Shown here: piece by piece, positions 8,557 through 18,539 of the stretch
Numbering within the stretch: position 1 is the stretch's first letter
Layout: each line of letters opens with the position of its first letter
NCBI GenBank assembly: GCA_964353335.1
Contig: CAYGVI010000003.1
Span: 419,694 to 483,693, forward strand
Direction: 5' to 3'
DNA: 64,000 bases
DNA from: an uncultured Methanosarcinales archaeon
GTDB taxonomy: Archaea; Nanobdellota; Nanobdellia; Woesearchaeales; ARS49
Translations under genes and position numbers: made by a program
Notes under the pieces: generated by a model
Databases searched by the model: none
Told to the model about the DNA's origin: nothing
What the model saw: the letters and a program-made list of their open reading frames with translations, nothing else

Positions 8557-10311
8557 ATGATGCGACAGCCGATTGTGGCGATTATGGGCCACGTGGACCA
8601 CGGTAAAACCCTGCTTCAGGACAAGATTCGAGGTAGTGCAATCGCTGCAAGGGAAGCAGGCGGAATCACCCAGGCAATCGGAGCATCAATTATTCCATTG
8701 CAGACTATCCAGACGGTGTGCGGTCCTTTGCTTGAAGCTATGAAGCTCAAGGTTACAATTCCAGGGCTATTATTCATTGACACCCCTGGCCACGCTGCAT
8801 TCACAAACCTCAGGCGCAGAGGCGGTAACCTTGCTGACATCGCTGTTCTCGTGATTAACGTTATGGAGGGCTTTATGCCCCAGACTCTTGAGTGCGTTGA
8901 CATTCTGAAGCACTACAAGACACCTTTTATCATTGCAGCAAACAAGATTGACCTTATTTCAAGATGGCGCCCTGCTGTTAGCAAGCCTTTATTGCAGAAC
9001 ATCAAAGAGCAGGAGCCAGAAGCCCAGCGCATCCTTGACACAAAAATCTATGAAATCGTCGGCAAGATTTTCGAGCTTGGCTTTGAGTCAGAAAGATATG
9101 ACCGTGTTGACGACTACACAAAGCAGATAGCGATTGTTCCGACTTCTGCGATTACAGGCGAGGGAATCCCGGAATTGCTCGTTATGCTTACCGGTCTTGC
9201 GCAGAAATTCCTTGAAAAAGGCTTGAAAATGACAGAAAGCGGGCCTGCACAGGGAACAGTAATTGAGGTAAAGGAAGACAAGGGTTTGGGCAAGACAATG
9301 GACGCTATCCTTTACGACGGCTCATTAAAGGTCAACGACACTATTGTCATTGGCGGCCTTGAGGGTCCTATTGTAACAAGGGTAAAAGCATTGTTCACCC
9401 CTGCGCCTTTGCAGGAATTGAGGGAGAAAAAGACAAAGTTCACGTCGACAAAAGAGGTTGTTGCTGCAACAGGAGTCAAGATTGTAGCGCCTGAAACAGA
9501 AAATGTTGTCTCAGGAATGCCAATCATAGGAAACCCTGCGAACCTTGAGGAAGCAAAGGCAAAAGTCCAGCAGGAAGTTGAAAAAGTAATAATAGAGACA
9601 GGAAAAGAGGGAGTAATCATCAAGGCAGACTCTCTTGGCTCGCTGGAAGCTCTAATCACTCTTCTTACGGAAGCGAACATTCCAGTGATGCGCGCAGGCA
9701 TAGGTCCTGTCACAAAGAAAGACATTACTGACGCGTCATCTAATATAGCGAAAGACCCATTGCTTGGAGTCATCCTCGGCTTTAACATTCCGCAGCCAGA
9801 AGGCGTTCCTGAAAGTGTTTCTGTCCTCACAAACACAGTCATTTACCGTCTTATCGAGGACTACCAGAAATGGGCAGAGCACAAGAAGAAATCAATAGAG
9901 CTTTCAGCGCTTGATTTGCTCATAAAGCCGTGCAAGATTGAAATTCTCAAGGGCTATGTTTTCAGGCAGAGCAATCCTGCTGTCTGCGGAGTCCACGTCC
10001 AGGCAGGCACCCTGAAGACAGGAACTCCCTTGATGACTCATGAAGGCCGCGAATTAACAGTTGTCAAGGGTTTGCAGCAGGAGCAGGAAAACATTGAGAA
10101 GGCAGAGAAAGGAAAACAGGTCGCTGCCTCGCTGCCGCACGTCATAATCGGCCGCCAGCTTCACGAGGGGGATATATTATACTCAGCAATTCCAGAGGAG
10201 CACTACAGGAAATACAAGGAGTTCAAGGAATACCTCACACACGACGAAAAAGAGCTCCTCAAGGAAATCGGCCAAATCATGAGAAAAACTAATCCGGTTT
10301 GGGGCGTATGA
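8557..10311 (+). CDS. infB: translation initiation factor aIF5B (IF2 homologue)
   Basis: GHVDHGKTLLQDKIRG G1 motif, DTPGH G3 motif, NKID G4 motif. 584 aa. Confidence 0.9.
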   Translation: MMRQPIVAIMGHVDHGKTLLQDKIRGSAIAAREAGGITQAIGASIIPLQTIQTVCGPLLEAMKLKVTIPGLLFIDTPGHAAFTNLRRRGGNLADIAVLVINVMEGFMPQTLECVDILKHYKTPFIIAANKIDLISRWRPAVSKPLLQNIKEQEPEAQRILDTKIYEIVGKIFELGFESERYDRVDDYTKQIAIVPTSAITGEGIPELLVMLTGLAQKFLEKGLKMTESGPAQGTVIEVKEDKGLGKTMDAILYDGSLKVNDTIVIGGLEGPIVTRVKALFTPAPLQELREKKTKFTSTKEVVAATGVKIVAPETENVVSGMPIIGNPANLEEAKAKVQQEVEKVIIETGKEGVIIKADSLGSLEALITLLTEANIPVMRAGIGPVTKKDITDASSNIAKDPLLGVILGFNIPQPEGVPESVSVLTNTVIYRLIEDYQKWAEHKKKSIELSALDLLIKPCKIEILKGYVFRQSNPAVCGVHVQAGTLKTGTPLMTHEGRELTVVKGLQQEQENIEKAEKGKQVAASLPHVIIGRQLHEGDILYSAIPEEHYRKYKEFKEYLTHDEKELLKEIGQIMRKTNPVWGV

Positions 10312-10763
10312 AATCCAACCTTAGGGCGCTTTCAGGAAGGGACTTGAAGCCTGTACTTGCGAGGATAAAGGAGCAATGGGATGCTGAGATTGATTTTCCC
10401 TGGGCTTGGTATCAAAGCACCAAGAATTACTTATTCGTGATTAGCAAGGATATCACCAAGATTGACCCAACGAAATTGAGAATAAACTCAGTCGGATTGT
10501 ACATCGGCGAGTTCAAGAAAGGAGAACTAAGGCTGAGCATTGAAGGCTCGCAATTAATCGGTCCGCACGCAAAAAAGAACATTGTTGAGCTTGACCAGAA
10601 AGAATTAAGACTGTGGCTTAGAGGCGAAGATTTAATCAAGGAAGTCAAGGAAGAAGGCTATGTAATAATAAAGTCAAACACTGACTTTGTCGGCTGCGGA
10701 AGAGTTAAAGAGGGAAAAATTCTCAATTTCGTTCCAAAGGCAAGGCGCTTGCTGGTGGATTAG
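10299..10763 (+). CDS. Nip7-like ribosome-biogenesis protein with C-terminal PUA domain
   Basis: About 150 aa. The C-terminal GYVIIKSNTDFVGCGRV fits a PUA-like pattern. The ATG overlaps the infB stop (ATGA at 10308). Confidence 0.4.
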   Translation: MGRMKSNLRALSGRDLKPVLARIKEQWDAEIDFPWAWYQSTKNYLFVISKDITKIDPTKLRINSVGLYIGEFKKGELRLSIEGSQLIGPHAKKNIVELDQKELRLWLRGEDLIKEVKEEGYVIIKSNTDFVGCGRVKEGKILNFVPKARRLLVD

Positions 10764-10788
10764 CTTTTTAAGCGCAGACATTCTATGC

Positions 10789-11283
10789 ATGTTAATGAAC
10801 CCAAGAGACCCGATTACAATTCACCGCATACCCTACCGGGCAGGTGAAGGGCTGGATATTGAACGCCTGACAGCAGGAACGCTCATACCTGATGAGCGGC
10901 GCCAAAGCGCAAAAGAATACTGTTCGTTATTCAGGGCGTTTCCAGGCGAGATATCAGGGCACCAGGGATTTTTGAATTTCCAGATTGTTGAGACAGCGCT
11001 TGACAGGAGGGATTTGGGAATCACTTTGGTTTGCGTTGAGCCTTACTGCGATGCACGATACGTTGGCAGGGCGCTTATCCACGCAGCATTGGTAATTGCC
11101 CAGAATGAAGGCGCAAAGTCCCTGTTTGCTTACGTGGACCCTGACAATTTGCAATCACAGTCGTTTTTTGAGCGAAACAGCTTTTACAGGAAACAGCACA
11201 GTAACGGTGTTGAGTATACAACACCTGTTCCTTCAAAAGAAAAGCTCCCCCTTGACCAACTGCTCATACGCGCTCAAGAATAA
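10789..11283 (+). CDS. GNAT family N-acetyltransferase
   Basis: The RALIHAALVIAQNEGAKSLF acetyl-CoA binding pattern supports GNAT. I chose the internal ATG (MLMNPRD) over the track start, which overlaps the upstream gene. Confidence 0.55.
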   Translation: MLMNPRDPITIHRIPYRAGEGLDIERLTAGTLIPDERRQSAKEYCSLFRAFPGEISGHQGFLNFQIVETALDRRDLGITLVCVEPYCDARYVGRALIHAALVIAQNEGAKSLFAYVDPDNLQSQSFFERNSFYRKQHSNGVEYTTPVPSKEKLPLDQLLIRAQE

Positions 11284-11662
11284 CAACAATGTGCTCTTCA
11301 GGGTTCTTAAGAAGCTCAATCATTTTCTTTGACAAATCGCCAGCTGACTTGTCTGCATTAACAATCAGCGTGCTTGGTGACATTTGCGGCCCTTTCCTGA
11401 TAATAATGTCATTTCCAGGCATAAACCCCATATTGCACTCGCCTGTTATTGTCTCAACATAAGACTTGACTTTAAGCGTGATTTTCAGCTTTTTAGAGAC
11501 CTGCGCAAGCGCTGAAACAGCGTCTGGCTGGAAATCAGAGCGGGTTCCAATCACAGAATCCCCTTTTGGAATAACCCCTGTCTTCTGTGTTAATTCAAGA
11601 ACTCCCTTGTGCGTTCCCTCAATTCCCGCGTGTCCGTAAGCATTGAACTGCATAAAGAACAA
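11264..11662 (-). CDS. hypothetical protein (132 aa)
   Basis: Clean ORF lying between the GNAT and DRG genes. No family recognised. Confidence 0.4.
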   Translation of the reverse strand: MFFMQFNAYGHAGIEGTHKGVLELTQKTGVIPKGDSVIGTRSDFQPDAVSALAQVSKKLKITLKVKSYVETITGECNMGFMPGNDIIIRKGPQMSPSTLIVNADKSAGDLSKKMIELLKNPEEHIVVILERV

Positions 11663-11685
11663 GAAATGCCATCGAATATATTAAT

Positions 11686-12777
11686 TTACTTGATATGTAT
11701 CTCCAGAATATCGCCGTCTTCAAGCCTTTTTTCAAGGTTCCTGAACTGCTGTCCTGGGAACTTTGCTGACTTGCCCCAGATTTTGGCAAACCTGAACTTC
11801 CTTACAAAGTCCCTGTGAATCCTGCCGCAAACGTCCCCGATTGTTGTTCCCTTGCGCAAAACCATTGGCACATCCAAATCAGGCTTCTTTCCAACCTCTT
11901 TCAAAAATATCCTCATAAAGTTCAGGCGGGTAAAAATCAGCTCTTTTAAGTCAGGGATGTTCACGTTCTGCTCTGCGCTGACAGCAAGGTCAGGATTCAG
12001 CTTTTCAATCAGGTCTTCCTGCTGGAATTCATCAAGAAGGTCAAACTTTGTGACAATAGTTACTGCGGGAATATAGCGCCTGTTTCCCTCAACAGCGTCG
12101 ATAAATGTGTCAATGGTTACCGGGCTTCTGATGATGACCTCTGCGTTGTTTATCCTGAATGTCTTCAAAATCTCTGTTATTGTTTCCTTGCTGATTCCCA
12201 ATGCGACTGTTGAGCTGATGCTAATTCCTCCCTTTAATTTTTTCGCAATCTTGACATCTGGCGGATTTGTGTTTATCCTGACTCCAACATCATAGATTTC
12301 CTGCAGTATTGCCGGATAATGCTCAGGGTGCGGGGCTTCAATAAGTATCAATATCAAATCAGAAGAACGCATCATTGCGAGCACTTCTTTTCCCCTTCCT
12401 CTTCCCGAAGCAGCCCCTGCGACTATTCCTGGCACGTCAAGAATCTGGATTTTTGCCTGGTTGTACTGCATTACGCCGGGGATTACAGAGAGTGTTGTGA
12501 ATGCATAAGCAGCGGTCTTGCTTTTCGCGCCTGTAATCTTGTTAAGTAAAGTGCTTTTTCCGACAGAGGGAAAGCCCAAAAGAATAACTGTTGCATCGCC
12601 TGATTTCTTGACAAAAAATCCTGCGCCAACGCCTTTCTTTGCAGCGGCAACTTCCATTTTTTCGCGCAGCCTTGCAATCTGCGCCTTTGCGACTCCGAAA
12701 GCGTGTTCAGTTGCTTTGTTATACTGCCACTTTCTCATTGCATCTTCAATTTCCTTGATTCGTTCAGGAATACCCAT
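11686..12777 (-). CDS. developmentally regulated GTP-binding protein (DRG/Obg family, TGS C-terminus)
   Basis: GFPSVGKSTLLN, DVPG and TKFD motifs, plus a C-terminal TGS-like region. 363 aa. Confidence 0.85.
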   Translation of the reverse strand: MGIPERIKEIEDAMRKWQYNKATEHAFGVAKAQIARLREKMEVAAAKKGVGAGFFVKKSGDATVILLGFPSVGKSTLLNKITGAKSKTAAYAFTTLSVIPGVMQYNQAKIQILDVPGIVAGAASGRGRGKEVLAMMRSSDLILILIEAPHPEHYPAILQEIYDVGVRINTNPPDVKIAKKLKGGISISSTVALGISKETITEILKTFRINNAEVIIRSPVTIDTFIDAVEGNRRYIPAVTIVTKFDLLDEFQQEDLIEKLNPDLAVSAEQNVNIPDLKELIFTRLNFMRIFLKEVGKKPDLDVPMVLRKGTTIGDVCGRIHRDFVRKFRFAKIWGKSAKFPGQQFRNLEKRLEDGDILEIHIK

Positions 12778-12831
12778 TGTTATCCCACTGCTCCGAAAAG
12801 GTTTATAAAAGCATTACTGTTTTCAAGGAGC

Positions 12832-13371
12832 ATGGCATTTTTGCAGTTATGGGCAGAAGCACAGGGCTGGGTTAACACAATCGCCTCTGCAGTGATAGTC
12901 CTTCTCATAGGTTTCATTATAGGCAAGGTTTGCAGCAGGCTCGCCCAGCGCGGACTGCACGAGCTTGAACTCAATAATATCCTCGGCAAGGCAGGGATAA
13001 AGTTCGGCATGGAAGAGTTCCTCGGGCATTTGATTGAGTACCTTATCTATTTCATCGCGATTGTCATTGCCCTTGACCAGCTCGGAGTCACGGCGATAGT
13101 GCTTTACATTGTCATAGCGGCAATCCTCATAGTCCTCGCGATAGCATTCCTGCTCAGTATGAAGGACTTTATCCCGAACTTCATTGCGGGAATAAGACTG
13201 GGGCACAAGAAGCTTTTCGCAGTCGGAGACACGATAACAATCGGCTCAGTCAGCGGCAAAGTCAAGGAAATCGGCCTTCTGGAAACAAAGCTGGAAAGCA
13301 AGAACAAGGACATAATCCACGTCCCGAACGCAAACATAATGCGCCAGGAAATAAGAGTCAGGAAGCGTTAA
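12832..13371 (+). CDS. small-conductance mechanosensitive channel (MscS family)
   Basis: Three TM helices followed by a beta domain (GDTITIGSVSGKVKEIGLLET). I chose the internal ATG (MAFLQ). Confidence 0.65.
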   Translation: MAFLQLWAEAQGWVNTIASAVIVLLIGFIIGKVCSRLAQRGLHELELNNILGKAGIKFGMEEFLGHLIEYLIYFIAIVIALDQLGVTAIVLYIVIAAILIVLAIAFLLSMKDFIPNFIAGIRLGHKKLFAVGDTITIGSVSGKVKEIGLLETKLESKNKDIIHVPNANIMRQEIRVRKR

Positions 13372-13375
13372 ATCT

Positions 13376-13624
13376 CTACCTGTAAAGTGCGTTTCCTAAT
13401 TTTTTTCGCAAATAAGCAGCTTTTGAATCATATTTTTCTTTGGCCAGCTTGCCTTCTCTAAAAAGGCGTTCAATATTGGGCATTTCCAGCAGTATGACCT
13501 CGTCTATTACGCCTCGCAGTCGCGGGGTCATTTCTTCAGCGGTTCTCAGGACCAGTTCGCGCCTGAACCATGTTCTGGGGTCATACCATACGCGCAATTC
13601 TTCAGGAGTAAAGTCGTTTCGCAT
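13376..13624 (-). CDS. hypothetical protein (82 aa)
   Basis: ORF with coding-like composition. No family recognised. Confidence 0.35.
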   Translation of the reverse strand: MRNDFTPEELRVWYDPRTWFRRELVLRTAEEMTPRLRGVIDEVILLEMPNIERLFREGKLAKEKYDSKAAYLRKKLGNALYR

Positions 13625-13714
13625 CAGATGCTGTCAATTACTGGTTATTAAATATCTTCACAAAAGAATTCAGTTAAATGACTTCCAGCAAGGAAACCAA
13701 GAACTTGTTCTGTC

Positions 13715-14149
13715 TTAATGCTTTATGTGGTATTCAATGAATTTGTAGACTTCTGAGAAACCCGAATCATGAAGGCCAACACGGGCACAGACATCAGGTA
13801 TGCCCTGTTTCTTGATGCCTGCCTTGATCATTGCCTCAAATTCCCCTGCAAGCGTTTCACCAATTTTTATTCCTGACTTTTTCAGCAGGTCAACCTTTGC
13901 ATCCAGATAGCAGGTTTTAACAGTGTAAGAAATAGACCTTTCTTGTTTGTGAACCCAGACCAGCACTGTACAATCTTTATAAATCAGGTCTCCGCCATTT
14001 GGATGTTGACCAATTAAATAGGTGTTTCCCTGCCGTTCTGTCATGCCGCATTTATTTTCAACTTTCGGCAGCCTGAATTCCTTTGACAGGCGTTCAAGAA
14101 TTTGTGTCAGACTGTTTTCATCAACTTGTTTCTTAACAGCTGTTGCCAT
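13715..14149 (-). CDS. hypothetical protein (144 aa)
   Basis: ORF only. No family recognised. Confidence 0.4.
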   Translation of the reverse strand: MATAVKKQVDENSLTQILERLSKEFRLPKVENKCGMTERQGNTYLIGQHPNGGDLIYKDCTVLVWVHKQERSISYTVKTCYLDAKVDLLKKSGIKIGETLAGEFEAMIKAGIKKQGIPDVCARVGLHDSGFSEVYKFIEYHIKH

Positions 14150-14200
14150 TTACTGACGCAACCTGTCTGATTCTTATAAAGCTTCGGAAGAATGCGGTAA

Positions 14201-14449
14201 TCAGATAACTTCTAACAAACTAACAATATTGAATATCTGCGTCCTTGTGTATGCCTGCATGTTGTTGTCGTCTGTAAGCTGTTCGAGCTCCTGCAGTGCC
14301 TTTGAGACCTTTATCGGCATTTCGCCGTCCTGCTCAAGGACTGATATTGTGCTTGTGATTTTGGTCTTAATGTTCTTCGGCACCTGGTTGTCCTGCTCGA
14401 GTTCTCTCAATGCCGCAATAACCATTGTCAATTCGTCCATAGAAATCAC
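14201..14449 (-). CDS. UPF0147-family small helical protein
   Basis: DNQVPKNIKTKI and DDNNMQAYTRTQIFNIVSLLE match the conserved blocks of archaeal UPF0147 as I recall them. Confidence 0.45.
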   Translation of the reverse strand: MISMDELTMVIAALRELEQDNQVPKNIKTKITSTISVLEQDGEMPIKVSKALQELEQLTDDNNMQAYTRTQIFNIVSLLEVI

Positions 14450-14775
14450 TTCTTGAGCTTGCTCATGACCTCTTTCTGCAGCGTCTCTGCCTTGTCCTTG
14501 AGCTGCTTTTCCTGCTTGTCAATGTTCTTCAAGCGTAAATCAAGTATTTCCTTCTTTGAGCCTAATTCCGCCTTCAATGCGGTCTTGTCTGCTTTTATCA
14601 TCACATTGCCGACAATCTTGTAAGCGTCATCTGTCTTCTCAATTTCTTTCAGCGCGCTGTCAATCTCAAAAAGCTGCGCCTGGAACTGCTGTTTTTGCAT
14701 TTGAAGAGCCTGGACATTCTGCTCAATCATCTGAAGCTTGTTTATGCTTTCCTGTGTTTCTTTTGGTATGTCCAT
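14446..14775 (-). CDS. pfdB: prefoldin beta subunit
   Basis: A 109-aa two-helix coiled coil in the conserved neighbourhood with rpoP and rpl37ae. Confidence 0.65.
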   Translation of the reverse strand: MDIPKETQESINKLQMIEQNVQALQMQKQQFQAQLFEIDSALKEIEKTDDAYKIVGNVMIKADKTALKAELGSKKEILDLRLKNIDKQEKQLKDKAETLQKEVMSKLKK

Positions 14776-14782
14776 AGAACCC

Positions 14783-14920
14783 TTAAACTGCCTTGATTTT
14801 TGTCGGTGTGCTGCGGGACTTGTAAAGCATCTTGCTTCCGCAGTACGGGCACCTTACCCTCTTGCCCATCATGTCCTCTGAGATTTTCTTTCCGCAAGCA
14901 AAACAGGTGTACTTTACCAT
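14783..14920 (-). CDS. rpoP: DNA-directed RNA polymerase subunit P (Rpb12/RPC10 homologue)
   Basis: Hand translation gives MVKYTCFACGKKISEDMMGKRVRCPYCGSKMLYKSRSTPTKIKAV (46 aa), a CxxC...CxxC zinc ribbon. Too short for the ORF track. Confidence 0.75.
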   Translation of the reverse strand: MVKYTCFACGKKISEDMMGKRVRCPYCGSKMLYKSRSTPTKIKAV

Positions 14921-14922
14921 TT

Positions 14923-15228
14923 TTACGCCTCTTGTCTTTCTTCGTCAGGCTTTTCCTGCGTTTCAGCCAGTACTTCCGCGATTGGAGGCAGCGCTTCTAT
15001 GCTTGGCTTTGCCACGAATGTGTAAGCCTGCCCTGCGAATTTGTTTTTGCACTTTGTGCAGTACCAGATTCCCTTGGATTTGCGGACAACCTTGTCCTTG
15101 TTGCAGTAAGGGCACTTTGTGCTGTTCTTCTGCATTATCTCAATGGCGGCGCGCTTGAACTTTGTGGTTCTTCCATAGCGCACTCCAAACCTTTTTACAG
15201 GCCCCAAACCCTGCTTCTTTTCTGCCAT
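14923..15228 (-). CDS. rpl37ae: ribosomal protein L37Ae (L43e)
   Basis: RYGRTTKFKRAAIEIMQK...CPYCNK...CTKCK zinc ribbon. Confidence 0.85.
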   Translation of the reverse strand: MAEKKQGLGPVKRFGVRYGRTTKFKRAAIEIMQKNSTKCPYCNKDKVVRKSKGIWYCTKCKNKFAGQAYTFVAKPSIEALPPIAEVLAETQEKPDEERQEA

Positions 15229-15403
15229 AGTCCTTCGTGAAACAGCAGTTGGTTTTTAAAGGTTATTGTTTTAAACCGAAAGCACTATTGCATGCAAAGG
15301 TTAATAAACCAAGTTCCCGATTTAATTCACCATGAACACGGCAAGGCAATTCAAGGCATAGCATCTTCTTGATAGTCATTAGCCTGCCTGTCGGTCACCC
15401 AAA

Positions 15404-16504
15404 ATGAACCTTACCTCAAATGAAAAATTCCATTTGAAGAAATTTATCAAGGAATTGGATAGCTGTAAGGCTGCGCACACAGAGTTTGTCACGGTCTATG
15501 TCCCTTCAGGCTATGACCTTATCAAGATAATGCAGCACCTTGCACAGGAGCAGGGCACTGCGAGCAACATCAAGAGCGCGAGCACAAGGAACAATGTCAT
15601 TGACGCACTTGAAAGGATGATTCAGCATTTGCGCATTGTCGGAAAGACTCCGCCAAATGGCTTGGCGGTCTTTGCAGGAAACATCCTCGCAAGGGAGGGA
15701 AAGTCAGATGTCCGCGTGTGGAGCATTGAGCCGCCAGTTCCGCTGAAGATGCGCCTGTACAAGTGCGAGAAAAACTTTGACCTTGACATCCTGCGTGAAA
15801 TGATGGAGGCAAAGGAGGTTTACGGGCTTGTGGTTATGGACGCAAGGGATGCAATTATTGCGTTATTGAAAGGCAAAACAATTATTCCATTGACAAAAGC
15901 CCACTCGCACGTTCCAGGCAAGTTTAAGGCAGGAGGCCAGTCAGCGGTCAGGTTCCAGAGAAACCGCGAAATCGCAGTCAGGGAGCATTTTGGCAAAATT
16001 GCAGAAGTGATGAAAGGCCAGTTTTTCACAATGGAGGGGCTGAAGGGAATCATTGTCGGAGGTCCAGGGCCGACAAAATACGATTTCGTTGACAGCGGCT
16101 TAATCACCACAGACCTCAAGAAAAAGATTCTCGGCATCAAGGACCTGAGCTATACAGAGGAATTCGGGCTTGAAGAGCTTGTTGACAAGTCCCAGGACAT
16201 CCTTGCGCAAGAGGAGATTGCAGATGAGAAAAAGATTGTCACAAGGTTCCTTGAGCTTTTGGCGACAAAGCCCAACATGGTCGCGTATGGCGAGGCAGAA
16301 GTCAGGAGGATGCTTGAGATGGGTACAGTTGACACCCTGCTTCTTTCAGAGCAGCTGCCTGACGAGAAGATTGAGGAGTTTGAGCAGATCGCGAAGAAGT
16401 TCAGCACAACTATCAAGATTATCTCAACAGAAACAAGGGAAGGGTCGCAGTTGAAAGACCTTGGAAAAATGGGCGCGATACTGAGATACGAAGCAGGATA
16501 TTAA
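15404..16504 (+). CDS. prf1: peptide chain release factor aRF1
   Basis: NIKS (TASNIKSAST) and GGQ (KFKAGGQSAVRF) motifs are present. Confidence 0.9.
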   Translation: MNLTSNEKFHLKKFIKELDSCKAAHTEFVTVYVPSGYDLIKIMQHLAQEQGTASNIKSASTRNNVIDALERMIQHLRIVGKTPPNGLAVFAGNILAREGKSDVRVWSIEPPVPLKMRLYKCEKNFDLDILREMMEAKEVYGLVVMDARDAIIALLKGKTIIPLTKAHSHVPGKFKAGGQSAVRFQRNREIAVREHFGKIAEVMKGQFFTMEGLKGIIVGGPGPTKYDFVDSGLITTDLKKKILGIKDLSYTEEFGLEELVDKSQDILAQEEIADEKKIVTRFLELLATKPNMVAYGEAEVRRMLEMGTVDTLLLSEQLPDEKIEEFEQIAKKFSTTIKIISTETREGSQLKDLGKMGAILRYEAGY

Positions 16505-17124
16505 GCAATGTTCTTGATGATGTTTTCCTGTTCCACACGCGAGTTCTCAGCCCTTCCGTTAACCATCATTGTCGTGATGTTGTTAACGCGCTGTATGTTC
16601 ACGCTTCCCTGATAGTCCCTGAAGCTGACCTGCGTCTGGTTGAGCTTTATTGTGAACCTGTTCTCAAGCCTTATGCTTCCTGTCAGCTTCTCGCTGAACG
16701 AGGACATGTTGACAGTGAGCGCCTCAACGCTTCCGACTTTCATTACTATTGTCGCGCTTTCCCTGTTTGTGAACTTGATATTCAGCTGGTTGCCGCTAAG
16801 GCTTTCCATGTTTCCTTCAAGGACGATGTTCTTTGTGTCCCACCTTATCGTGCCGACAAAGTCAGCCACCATGAAGTTTCCTGAGCTGTTGATTTCATCA
16901 GTCCTTGTGGTAATGCGCGCAGATTCTGGCGCTGAGAACTTGATTGCGGTGTGGTCTGCAGAGATAATCACGTCGCTCTTGGTAATGTCAAATGTGCCTG
17001 AAACAGTGCTGTTGTCCAGAGCAACAAGGCCTGTGGGGCTCAAAAGGCTGAATCCGCCTCGGAATGCAAGGAAGCCCAGCAAAAGGATTAGCACCACTGT
17101 CAGTCCAGGAACCAATCCTCTCAT
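16501..17124 (-). CDS. membrane-anchored beta-rich protein, hypothetical
   Basis: Internal start at MRGLVPGLTVVLILLLGF (TM anchor), followed by a Ser/Thr/Asn-rich beta domain. The longer track ORF extends over the neighbouring gene. Confidence 0.45.
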   Translation of the reverse strand: MRGLVPGLTVVLILLLGFLAFRGGFSLLSPTGLVALDNSTVSGTFDITKSDVIISADHTAIKFSAPESARITTRTDEINSSGNFMVADFVGTIRWDTKNIVLEGNMESLSGNQLNIKFTNRESATIVMKVGSVEALTVNMSSFSEKLTGSIRLENRFTIKLNQTQVSFRDYQGSVNIQRVNNITTMMVNGRAENSRVEQENIIKNIA

Positions 17125-17199
17125 TGCCCCGTTTTTAACCAACCAAACCACCAGTGCAGTATTTTGAACAGCATTATATAAACATTTCGCGGAATATTT

Positions 17200-17889
17200 A
17201 TGTATCGCGCCAATAAGCAGTCTTCCATGGACCTTGTTAGGGAGGCATTTAACGCGGTTTTTCCTGAAAAGCCGTATGTTTATTCTGCAGAGGTGAAGTA
17301 CTCTGGAAAGTTCAAGGGCTACAATGCGAACATCAGGCTCAGCAGGATGCAGAAGCATATCGTCCTTAATCTCAGCAGGCAGTGGAAAACAGTCTCAAGG
17401 GACATCCAGCTCGGCTTGGTCCAGCATTTGCTGTGCAGGCTGTTCAAGGAAAGGCGGGGCTCAACGCCGATGGACCTGTATAATTATTTCATCAAGAGCG
17501 TCCCAAGGACAATTGCAAAGACAAAAACAAATCCTGTCCTTGAAGCCAGCTTCAGGCGCGTAAATGATGGCTTTTTCAGCGGGATTGTCGAGCAGCCAAA
17601 CCTTGTGATTGGCAATGGAGTCACAAAGCTCGGCTCCTATGACCTTGGCACTGACACTGTAAGCATAAGCTCAATCCTTTTTGAGCATCCGCATTTGATG
17701 GACTATGTGATGTACCACGAATTACTGCACAAAAAGCACCAGTTCAAGGGCGCAGGATTAAAGCGCACTTTCCACAGCTCACAGTTCAGGAAAGACGAAA
17801 AGTCATACCCGAATTCAGCGCATCTGGAAAGGGAGCTTTCACAGCTTGTTTCAAGGGCAAAGAGAAGCTCATTCTGGGACTGGTTATGA
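17200..17889 (+). CDS. SprT/DUF45-like HExxH zinc metallopeptidase
   Basis: YVMYHELLHKKH motif near the C-terminus. Confidence 0.45.
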   Translation: MYRANKQSSMDLVREAFNAVFPEKPYVYSAEVKYSGKFKGYNANIRLSRMQKHIVLNLSRQWKTVSRDIQLGLVQHLLCRLFKERRGSTPMDLYNYFIKSVPRTIAKTKTNPVLEASFRRVNDGFFSGIVEQPNLVIGNGVTKLGSYDLGTDTVSISSILFEHPHLMDYVMYHELLHKKHQFKGAGLKRTFHSSQFRKDEKSYPNSAHLERELSQLVSRAKRSSFWDWL

Positions 17890-17944
17890 TTAACACCATA
17901 TTCTAACGAAAACTATTTAAATAGCCCTCTTTCCGAAAAGGATA

Positions 17945-18346
17945 ATGTCGACGAAACTTGTGGGAGCAACGTCTATCAAGGAAGGAAGCTTTATCCTTGT
18001 TGACGGCGTTGCGTGCAAAGTCGTAAACACTGACATAAGCAAGTCAGGAAAGCACGGCCACGCAAAAGTCCGCATTGTCGCAATAGGCTTGATAGATGAA
18101 AAGAAGCGCGAAGTCATCATGCCAGGCCACGACAACGTCGAAGTTCCACTCATAGAGAAGAAGACAGCCCAGGTCCTCAGCGTTACCGGAGACAAGGCAA
18201 ACGTTATGGACACAGAGACATACGAAACATTTGATTTGGCAATACCTGCGGATATAAAGGAAGGCGTTGTCGAGGGATGCCAGGTTTTGTACTGGATCAT
18301 ACTGGGCGATAAGGTAATGAAGCAAATCAAGAGCAGTGCTGACTAA
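17945..18346 (+). CDS. eif5a: translation initiation factor 5A (aIF5A)
   Basis: Hypusine loop SKSGKHGHAK. 133 aa. Confidence 0.9.
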   Translation: MSTKLVGATSIKEGSFILVDGVACKVVNTDISKSGKHGHAKVRIVAIGLIDEKKREVIMPGHDNVEVPLIEKKTAQVLSVTGDKANVMDTETYETFDLAIPADIKEGVVEGCQVLYWIILGDKVMKQIKSSAD

Positions 18347-18507
18347 TGGTCAAGTTCCCCGAAGCTGACGCGCGGATGTTCCGCAACAAGTTTGTCTGCA
18401 GGAGATGCAAGTCTGTAATCAATGCTCCGAACAGGAAGATAGCAGAAGGCGCGGTTAAGTGCAGGAAATGCCAGAACAAGCACTTCAAGCCAAAGCGCAA
18501 GAAGTAA
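18346..18507 (+). CDS. rpl40e: ribosomal protein L40e
   Basis: Hand translation gives MVKFPEADARMFRNKFVCRRCKSVINAPNRKIAEGAVKCRKCQNKHFKPKRKK, a C4 zinc ribbon. The ATG overlaps the aIF5A stop (TAATG). Confidence 0.7.
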   Translation: MVKFPEADARMFRNKFVCRRCKSVINAPNRKIAEGAVKCRKCQNKHFKPKRKK

Positions 18508-18539
18508 ACCTTTTATACGAGTAGATTGCCTGTTCTCTA

